Shown: positions 57,173 through 64,000 of the stretch, one piece after another
How positions within the stretch are numbered: the stretch's first letter is position 1
How the letters are laid out: every line of letters begins with the position of its first letter
Origin: a virus
Strand: one strand, 5' to 3'
Virus record (IMG/VR): IMGVR_UViG_3300013006_000020
Location: 1 to 64,000 of that record
Length of the DNA stretch: 64,000 nucleotides
Translations under genes and position numbers: made by a program
The notes under the pieces: generated by a model
Databases searched by the model: none
What the model saw: the letters and a program-made list of their open reading frames with translations, nothing else
What the model was told of the DNA's origin: nothing

Positions 57173-59026
57173 ATGGCAAGAATAAAGACAAAAAACTCCA
57201 CAACTTCTACATCCGTACCAGCCAGCGGTTCTTTGCTACGGGGAGAGATTGCGGTAAACATAACAGACAAAAAACTTTTTGTTGGTGACGCATCAGGAAA
57301 TCCAGTAGAAATCACAAACCAGGGCGTTACCGCTGTATACGGCTCAACAAGCGGTATTTACGTTACGCAAGCAACTGGATCGACAGTAATAGGTCTTGAT
57401 CCGGACATTTACGTTAGTGGAGTTTTGCAAGTTAGCGGTGTTATTTCCACAACCGGAACCGCTGGTAGTTTGTTTAACGATACAGCTCTGAGTGTAAATA
57501 TTGGCGGTGGCGCAAGCGGTGTACAGATTGGTCACCCGACCGGAACCGTGGTGATGGGAAACATCGCGGTGAACAGCGGAACCATTTCAACAACCGCGTT
57601 AGCCGGTGATATATTTAACGCTACAGCGGCAAGAATAAACATTGGCGCTGGTGCAAGCGGTGTTCTTATAGGTCACGCCACGGGTGTGGTCACAGTTGGC
57701 GACCTTGCTGTAAATTACGGAACCATTTCAACAACCGCCACTGGTGTCAGTATATTTGACGCGACTGCGCTTCGTGTAAACATAGGCGGTGGCGCAAGCG
57801 GTGTACAGATAGGTCATCCAACTGGAACCGTTGTGATGGGCAACATCGCGGTGAACAGCGGAACCATTTCAACAACTGCGTTAGCCGGCGATATATTTAA
57901 CGCTACAGCAGCACGAATAAACATTGGCGCTGCAGCAAGCGGTGTTAAAATAGGAAACGCGACCGGCGTAGTGGTTGTTGGTGACATTGCCGTTAACAAC
58001 GGAGCGATCACTACAACTGCTGCTACAGCAACACTGTTTAATGCTACAGCTTCTCGTGTAAACATTGGCGCTGGTGCAAGCGGGGTTCTTATAGGTCACG
58101 CTACTGGTGTCGTTACTGTTGGTGATATTGCTGTCAACGACGGAACCATTTCTACAACTGCCGCAACAGCCACACTTTTTGACGCAACAGCCACCACCAT
58201 AACAATTGGCAGCGCTGCTACAACAACAAACATAGCAGCTATTACCGGTAGTCAAACCATCAATATTGGTGCTGGAAATACTGCGGTTTTTACCACCAAA
58301 ACCATAAACATTGGCACAAATGGAGCGGCTGGAAGTATTTCTAACGTAAACATTGGAAATACGGTCGCGGGAGGAACTGTTACAATAAACGGCACATTAG
58401 CTGTGAACAGTGGAACTCTCACAACAGCTAATTCCACAGGCTTCATATTTAACGCAGGCACTTCTCGCGTAAACATTGGTGGCGCAGCAAGTGGTGTAAT
58501 GATTGGTAACGCTACTGGTGTCGTGACAGTTGGTGATATTGCCGTTAACAACGGAGCAATTACTACGACAGCAGCCACCGCAACACTATTCAATGCTACG
58601 GCTTCTCGCGTAAACATTGGCGCTGGCGCTAGTGGTGTGCAAATTGGACATCCAACTGGAACAGTTGTGATGGGAAACATTAGTGCTACTGGACATGTTT
58701 CTGCGGCAAGTGGATATAGAATTGCATCAGCGGCAATCAATGCACAAACAGCAACTGGTTATACGCTAGTTTCTACAGATAATGGTAAAATAATAACCTT
58801 TGATAGCGCCGCCACGCACACGCTAAGAATACCAACTGGTCTGGATATTGGATTTAATGCCACAATAATTCAACTTGGAACTGGACAAGTTACCTGTACT
58901 GGTTTAGCTGGAGCAACAGTCAACTGCTACGCATCTGGAAACAAAATACTAGGACAGCACGGATCTGCAAGCGTACTATGCTATGCTAGCAATGTCTATA
59001 ATTTAGCAGGAACACTCGGAATATGA
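57173..59026 (+). CDS. tail fibre with internal repeats
   Basis: N-terminal VPASGSLLRGEIAVNITDKKLFVG fibre-attachment motif; repeated GDIAVN.G.I.TTA...FNATA.RVNIG.GASGV.IG; YTLVSTDNGKII C-domain. Confidence 0.85.
   Translation: MARIKTKNSTTSTSVPASGSLLRGEIAVNITDKKLFVGDASGNPVEITNQGVTAVYGSTSGIYVTQATGSTVIGLDPDIYVSGVLQVSGVISTTGTAGSLFNDTALSVNIGGGASGVQIGHPTGTVVMGNIAVNSGTISTTALAGDIFNATAARINIGAGASGVLIGHATGVVTVGDLAVNYGTISTTATGVSIFDATALRVNIGGGASGVQIGHPTGTVVMGNIAVNSGTISTTALAGDIFNATAARINIGAAASGVKIGNATGVVVVGDIAVNNGAITTTAATATLFNATASRVNIGAGASGVLIGHATGVVTVGDIAVNDGTISTTAATATLFDATATTITIGSAATTTNIAAITGSQTINIGAGNTAVFTTKTINIGTNGAAGSISNVNIGNTVAGGTVTINGTLAVNSGTLTTANSTGFIFNAGTSRVNIGGAASGVMIGNATGVVTVGDIAVNNGAITTTAATATLFNATASRVNIGAGASGVQIGHPTGTVVMGNISATGHVSAASGYRIASAAINAQTATGYTLVSTDNGKIITFDSAATHTLRIPTGLDIGFNATIIQLGTGQVTCTGLAGATVNCYASGNKILGQHGSASVLCYASNVYNLAGTLGI
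57460..58680 (+). repeat. intragenic ~47-codon tandem repeats of the tail fibre
   Basis: Recurrent GGCGCAAGCGGTGTACAGAT and GGAACCATTTCAACAAC blocks; boundaries approximate. Confidence 0.8.
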
Positions 59027-59931
59027 TTGTAATACCAAGCGCAAAGCCACGATTAACATATAATCCAAGAGCAGAAATAGCAGAGTTTGGCACAAAGAGA
59101 TCATCTGGTACATTTGGAGCACTTGGTTCATTTCAAGTAGGCTCTTATACTGGATGGTTTAAGGTTAATTGGTGGGATGGAACATCCACTCTTTATAATC
59201 CTGGCATTGGTGTCTCAAGCGCATCAAAGGCTATTTCTGCGCCATATGATACAACAGCTGAAAAAAGATTTTCAATTATACCAACAAACTCATCTGGTGT
59301 TCAGATTGGCCAATTAAGCAATATTGCTTTTGGCAACAGCAGTCTTTCTCCAATAAGTTATGTTGATGTTCTTGGTTTATCTAAACTTGAGAATTTCGCT
59401 TGTGATCCAGGAACTAATTTAACGTCGTACACACACAATGGAAGAATAAAATATTTAACTCTTAGTAATATTTCACTTACATCTATTTCAATTCCACCTG
59501 GAAGCTTAACTCAGAGGATTACAATAGTTGGCAGTACAACCTTTACTACTTTAAACGGCCTAGATAATGTAAAAAACACATTACAAGAATTTGAATTGTC
59601 AACCTGTACATCGTTTACATCTGCTATAGATCTTTCCAACTTCTTAGCGTTATACCACATTGATATTAAGAGCAGTGCAATAACTTCGATTAGAGCGCAA
59701 AACTGCGCGCTAAATCTTGTATACTATTCTGACTATAATAATTTTTCTGGAGGTGCCGAATTTGATGGCTCAAATTTAGATAGAACGGCAATAGTTCAAT
59801 TTTTTAATGATCTTGCAAACGGAAATGGCTATCTTGATGTTTCTGGTACGATAGGCGCAGCATCTTTAACCGCATCTGACATTTTGATTGCAACTAATAA
59901 GGGGTACACAGTACTTAACATCCCAAGCTAA
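59023..59931 (+). CDS. LRR-like tail-associated protein
   Basis: VNWWDGT then LxxLxxLxL repeats and IATNKGYTV end. Confidence 0.6.
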   Translation: MIVIPSAKPRLTYNPRAEIAEFGTKRSSGTFGALGSFQVGSYTGWFKVNWWDGTSTLYNPGIGVSSASKAISAPYDTTAEKRFSIIPTNSSGVQIGQLSNIAFGNSSLSPISYVDVLGLSKLENFACDPGTNLTSYTHNGRIKYLTLSNISLTSISIPPGSLTQRITIVGSTTFTTLNGLDNVKNTLQEFELSTCTSFTSAIDLSNFLALYHIDIKSSAITSIRAQNCALNLVYYSDYNNFSGGAEFDGSNLDRTAIVQFFNDLANGNGYLDVSGTIGAASLTASDILIATNKGYTVLNIPS

Positions 59932-60575
59932 TGTCTTATTTTATAACACCAAACTATAGCGTCGCATTTATACCAAAATCTGGTTGTTCAACGATTTCTC
60001 GTGCTGTAATTAAAGCTTTTCAAACAGATGAAGAGTTGCTTATAACAACTGCTTCGTATCCTGTTGGTAAAAATGCAGATAACTCAATGTGGCAAGGTTT
60101 TGTGAAAAGAGAAAAATATCCATCAAAATCAATACTTGCAATGATAAGAAATCCAATAGAAAGATTTCGATCAGCAATAGCCCAATTTCATGCCGTTGAT
60201 GTTAACGCGGTAATTGATTCATTAATTAATGGATCAAAATTTGTATCTGGAACAGCGAGAGCAAGGGAAATAAATGCAAGCACTAATGCACATTTTAAAC
60301 CTCAAATACTATGGGTTGATGCAAACACTAAATTATATAAATTCCCAGATCATATAAATGAGGCGGCTGTTGAAATAGGCTTTACCTTACCGCTTCCACA
60401 AATTAACGTCGCTAGTTTTACAAAGCCAACGCTTGACGAGCAGCAAACGGCAATACTAGAGTCTTACTACGCAGAGGATATAGTCCTGTTTAATTCTATC
60501 ACATCGCCTGGCATAATTAGTGGAGTTATTTCTGCAAATCCACCAAACTTAACTCCACCAAGCGGTGAAGAGTAA
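59931..60575 (+). CDS. sulfotransferase family protein
   Basis: FIPKSGCSTI (5'-PSB-like), IRNPIERFRSA (3'-PB-like), HFKPQ, YYAEDIVLF. Confidence 0.75.
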   Translation: MSYFITPNYSVAFIPKSGCSTISRAVIKAFQTDEELLITTASYPVGKNADNSMWQGFVKREKYPSKSILAMIRNPIERFRSAIAQFHAVDVNAVIDSLINGSKFVSGTARAREINASTNAHFKPQILWVDANTKLYKFPDHINEAAVEIGFTLPLPQINVASFTKPTLDEQQTAILESYYAEDIVLFNSITSPGIISGVISANPPNLTPPSGEE

Positions 60576-60591
60576 TTGTGTATATTAAACT

Positions 60592-60873
60592 ATGAAAGCA
60601 AATAGCCATAAAGTAAAGAGGGCGCTTCGTGCCTTGCAGATAGCAATGGGTATGGAGGTGACTTCATACAAAGGAATTAATGTTGGAGACAGAGTTAAGG
60701 ACATTAATCAACAATGCATGCACTTTGGAAGTATTGGTGTAGTTACAGAGATTGAGCCGCTTCCAAACAATAGTGGTTATCTTATTCATTATACGGTTGA
60801 GAATGATGGGCCTTCTTATAGCCCAGGCACAGTACTAACAAAAACAGAAGATCAATTGGAGAAAATATCATGA
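60592..60873 (+). CDS. small SH3/Tudor-like protein with leader-like N-terminus
   Basis: INVGDRVKDIN..HFGSIGVVTEI; GTGTAT 8 nt upstream. Confidence 0.65.
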   Translation: MKANSHKVKRALRALQIAMGMEVTSYKGINVGDRVKDINQQCMHFGSIGVVTEIEPLPNNSGYLIHYTVENDGPSYSPGTVLTKTEDQLEKIS

Positions 60874-61115
60874 GCGAAGAAGAAAACGAATACTCTTACA
60901 CACCACCACAGCAGCCACAGCAGCCACAAGTGGCTAGCATTTCCGAGGGCGATATAGTTAGCTGCGGAAACAAGGACTCAGTTAACTTCGGCGTTTGGGG
61001 CGAGGTTTTAGAAATTAACTCTGGGATTGCAACGATTAAAATAATGAATCCTGAGTTTCCACGCAACACTGGATGGAATATAGCGGAAAGTGTTGAGAGT
61101 CTGGAGAAGTTATGA
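60870..61115 (+). CDS. small SH3/Tudor-like protein, paralogue of 60592-60873
   Basis: ISEGDIVSC..NFGVWGEVLEI...LEKL. Confidence 0.6.
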   Translation: MSEEENEYSYTPPQQPQQPQVASISEGDIVSCGNKDSVNFGVWGEVLEINSGIATIKIMNPEFPRNTGWNIAESVESLEKL

Positions 61116-61492
61116 CCGAATCTGAACTTGACGTAATTTTTGCAGCTGAGCAAACGCAAGCCGTTGAGTATCAGGGCAAGAAAGTTACCCTTAACCAACC
61201 AAGGCGAATAGGCAAGGGTGATCCAGGTTACGGCAAGAAGAAGTTTTATGTTTATGTAAAGAATGATCGCGGCAATGTTGTTCGCGTGATGTTTGGTGAT
61301 CCTAATATGGAAATCCGTCGTGACGATCCACAAAGACGAAAAAACTACAGATCTCGTCACGGATGCAGTAATCCAGGACCAAAGTGGAAAGCAAACTATT
61401 GGTCATGTAGGATGTGGGAAGCTAAAAAATCCGTTACTGATTATACTAGTAGCGGATTAATTAAGGCTTTTATACGTGCAATAAATTCTTGA
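61112..61492 (+). CDS. conserved basic phage protein (DUF6321-like)
   Basis: EYQGKKVTLNQP...KKFYVYVKN...FGDPNM...RRKNYRSRHGC...ANYWSCRMW. Confidence 0.75.
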   Translation: MTESELDVIFAAEQTQAVEYQGKKVTLNQPRRIGKGDPGYGKKKFYVYVKNDRGNVVRVMFGDPNMEIRRDDPQRRKNYRSRHGCSNPGPKWKANYWSCRMWEAKKSVTDYTSSGLIKAFIRAINS

Positions 61493-62287
61493 TTACACAG
61501 TGTTATCAGGTGGTTGATTGTTGCCTTGGTTTTGTTGCAACCAAATACCTAGAGCAATTATTGTTGCCGCGACTGTACCAACTGCAATACCAGCTGGTAA
61601 ACCCAAGCCTGTTAAATCTAGAACAAATGATCCAGCGGCTAAAGCTACGCCAAGAGCAATTATGGCTGCTACGGTTAGACCTAGACCAGCCAACCAATTA
61701 GCAAGTTGTTCGTTGCCACCGTTTGCCAACACATACATTCTAATAGCAGCATTTTGAGCGCCTGTTCGAAGATAGATGGCGGCTATTGCAATAAGACCTT
61801 CCTCGGTTTTATCCTTTAATCTTTCTAAAACTTCATCGGGTGTAAGCCCTAAGCCGTCAGCCGCAACCCCTATTCTGATTTTCACTTCATTAAGAGATAA
61901 AAACTCTGCCCTGCACTCATCGTCTAATTTATCGATTACGTCTTTTAGAATTGAAAATAACTCAACGGCATCCATCCCAGGTTCAGGCTTAGAATTTTTT
62001 ATTCTTCTTATTAATATATCTAAAGCCTTTTTTGCACAAGCACCTGTACCAGACTGATTTTCTTTATATAATTGGTATAATTTACGTAACAGGGGAATTA
62101 AAAGCAAGCCAAGTGTTGGTAATAAGACTGTAACCCACGTGTAATCTTTAGGTTCTTCTTGTCTTATTGAGTCATCAGATTCTAGAGGTCCAATGCCCTC
62201 AAATGTATTTGGCGCTATAACTGTATCGCCTTTACGTGCGGCGATCTTGGCAATGTAGTTGAATAGACGAATGTCGTTTTCTCTCAT
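61493..62287 (-). CDS. hypothetical membrane protein with C-terminal Gly/Ala hydrophobic hairpin
   Basis: TM at WVTVLLPTLGLLLIPLL and long hydrophobic C-terminal hairpin. Confidence 0.75.
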   Translation of the reverse strand: MRENDIRLFNYIAKIAARKGDTVIAPNTFEGIGPLESDDSIRQEEPKDYTWVTVLLPTLGLLLIPLLRKLYQLYKENQSGTGACAKKALDILIRRIKNSKPEPGMDAVELFSILKDVIDKLDDECRAEFLSLNEVKIRIGVAADGLGLTPDEVLERLKDKTEEGLIAIAAIYLRTGAQNAAIRMYVLANGGNEQLANWLAGLGLTVAAIIALGVALAAGSFVLDLTGLGLPAGIAVGTVAATIIALGIWLQQNQGNNQPPDNTV

Positions 62288-63276
62288 GTTGATGGCACCA
62301 GTCCTCTAGCTATCTTCTCTAATATCTCTTGTATTCTTTGTAGCGCAGCAGGATTTAATGCTGCCCCAGCCGCACTTGCTGCAGAGGCAGCAGCATTCGC
62401 TGCAGTTGAAGACAACCATACACCAAGAGTGGCAAGGCTTCCACCACCAAGCAAGAATGCGCTGAGGGCAACAAGACCCGCAGCAAGCGCCGCCACTAGA
62501 ACTGTAGAGCCGACGCCATATGAATCACTAAATCCACTTACAAGAAGTGTAGCGGCATCAACAGCTAAAGCTGTAGTCATGGCAGAACCAACACCAATTA
62601 CAAAAGCGTAAGCAAAAGCTTCTAGATCGCCATCATTAAAATATTTATCAATAGCGAATCTAATTTTATCAAGAATACCTTGTGGTAAGTTTGGAAGTCT
62701 ATCTGTTACATACTTTTTAAAAATATCTTTAACAAGTCCAGGAAATGATGTGATACAATTTCTTAGTTTTTTACGAATATCCGACATTTCTTCTGGACTA
62801 TCAACATTATTTATACCTCTAACATTGTCTATTGCTGTACCTATTTGGGTCATAGCAGTACCCCCCTCTTTAAACGCGTCCCACGCCGTTCTTAGCGCTA
62901 TAAGAAGTTCTGTTAATCCCATATTTGATGTTAAACTTTGACCAGTCTGCGATCCAAGAGAACCACCAAGACTTGTCCTGAAGGCATTTGAAACTATTCT
63001 TATAATATCTTCTTTTAACCATCTATTTATTAATTTTGCGCACTCTTTAAACTTTTTTATATTTTGACTTTTAGCCCAAGCAAATGCAACAACTGCACTA
63101 AGCCCAAGTGCCTTAGCTAGCGATATAAAAAAACTATAATCATCAGAATCACTAACCGGCGCATCTTCTTCCATTGGTTCAGCAGTATATAAAACTGTTG
63201 GAATAGGACTATTAACAGCAAATGCGTAATTGTTAGCTATAGAATTTAGTGATTTAATGAAGCGTTGGTTGTTCAC
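62284..63276 (-). CDS. hypothetical membrane protein with Gly/Ala-rich hydrophobic C-terminus
   Basis: Same layout as 61493-62287; GTGTAT 8 nt before GTG. Confidence 0.75.
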   Translation of the reverse strand: MNNQRFIKSLNSIANNYAFAVNSPIPTVLYTAEPMEEDAPVSDSDDYSFFISLAKALGLSAVVAFAWAKSQNIKKFKECAKLINRWLKEDIIRIVSNAFRTSLGGSLGSQTGQSLTSNMGLTELLIALRTAWDAFKEGGTAMTQIGTAIDNVRGINNVDSPEEMSDIRKKLRNCITSFPGLVKDIFKKYVTDRLPNLPQGILDKIRFAIDKYFNDGDLEAFAYAFVIGVGSAMTTALAVDAATLLVSGFSDSYGVGSTVLVAALAAGLVALSAFLLGGGSLATLGVWLSSTAANAAASAASAAGAALNPAALQRIQEILEKIARGLVPST

Positions 63277-63292
63277 AATAAATAATACACAA

Positions 63293-63499
63293 TCAGATTT
63301 GCAGTAAAAAGAACTTCTTTTTGTGATGAGCCATTTTTGCGTACTTTAGCACATCTATTACAGTATCTATTTCTTCTATAGAAGACAGGAGAACTGATGA
63401 TCCACCTGATTTTAATTCAATACCATGTTCTCTTTCAATTATTTCAATTCCACGAACACGATGAGAGGCTTTAATTTCACCAAAATTATTAGGACTCAT
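63293..63499 (-). CDS. hypothetical protein
   Basis: Probable ATG 63499 overlapping upstream gene end. Confidence 0.55.
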   Translation of the reverse strand: MSPNNFGEIKASHRVRGIEIIEREHGIELKSGGSSVLLSSIEEIDTVIDVLKYAKMAHHKKKFFLLQI

Positions 63500-63680
63500 T
63501 GGATTCTTTATTGCAGTTGATCTCAACACCATCTACCTTTGTAAAGGTTTTAGCGTAATCAATAGCCCTATTCCATAAGTCAATATCCATTTCTTTCGTG
63601 TACTCAGCAAACTTCAGACCAAATACAATCATCGCCTTAGCAAGTCTCGGATCCATATCGTTCATATCTATTTCGTCCAT
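63489..63680 (-). CDS. hypothetical protein
   Basis: AGGAGG RBS before ATG 63680. Confidence 0.7.
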   Translation of the reverse strand: MDEIDMNDMDPRLAKAMIVFGLKFAEYTKEMDIDLWNRAIDYAKTFTKVDGVEINCNKESNES

Positions 63681-63690
63681 AAATCCTCCT

Positions 63691-63725
63691 AAAAAGCCCA
63701 CCAGAACAGTTACGGACTGATGGGC
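63691..63725 (-). terminator. intrinsic terminator
   Basis: Minus strand GCCCATCAG...CTGGTGGGC followed by TTTTT. Confidence 0.7.
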
Positions 63726-63789
63726 GAACTACGCGTGTAACTCAGACGAGCCTAAGATGCCCGAATAGCGTAATCACCTATATATACAC

Positions 63790-64000
63790 TTAATCATAAT
63801 ACGAGTATGAAAACTCCCCAAACTCAATTTCATCAAGTTTGAAATTAATCATGCGCTGTATTTGCAAGACTTTTTCAAGAGCCGTCACACCAAGGATATC
63901 AAATTTAACACCACCTAAATATTCAATATCAGCTCCTTCAACATCAATTACCATAGAGTCTAGCTTTTCTGAATATACCATTGGAAATAGATTGCTTAGT
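63790..64000 (-). CDS. dnaE: DNA polymerase III alpha, end of an upstream piece (partial)
   Basis: EYLGGVKFDILGVTALEK palm motif; frame open to window edge. Confidence 0.8.
   Translation of the reverse strand, partial: LSNLFPMVYSEKLDSMVIDVEGADIEYLGGVKFDILGVTALEKVLQIQRMINFKLDEIEFGEFSYSYYD

Noticed and set aside
57173-59026. Diversity-generating retroelement target
   Set aside because: No reverse transcriptase or adenine-specific TR/VR pair seen; repeats differ mostly at synonymous sites
63701-63770. Hammerhead ribozyme from CTGATG on the plus strand
   Set aside because: Core reads CTGATGG and no properly placed GAAA; the sequence is explained by the minus-strand terminator
2116-64000. Stop-codon reassignment
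   Set aside because: Long genes are intact and tightly packed under the standard bacterial code

Overview
A 64-kb segment of a large tailed dsDNA phage genome, probably siphovirus-like (long tape measure, no tail sheath recognised). Bases 1-~2045 are GC-rich, sparsely coding and packed with hairpins on the minus strand. After an abrupt switch to AT-rich DNA come: a cluster of novel Cys-rich and hydrophobic proteins sharing an N-terminal amphipathic leader (I-x-K-L-x-x-[AV]-[IV]-x-A-A), including a tandemly amplified, domain-shuffled cassette array and a lysozyme; a sigma-like factor; gmd; HNH and ERCC4 nucleases; terminase, portal, protease/scaffold, capsid, neck and tail genes; a minus-strand block of ssDNA-binding/annealing proteins, four glycosyltransferases, SSB, a DnaE fragment and a DEDDh exonuclease; and a second island with a tail fibre, sulfotransferase and more leader-bearing proteins. 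DnaE is split into pieces about 9.3 kb apart. Two promoter-like motifs (GTGTAT-N8-start and CTAYAAT-N5-start) recur and suggest largely leaderless transcripts. The best candidate for an undescribed system is the leader-tagged, diversifying cargo-protein family. All calls come from motif recognition by eye; no searches were run.
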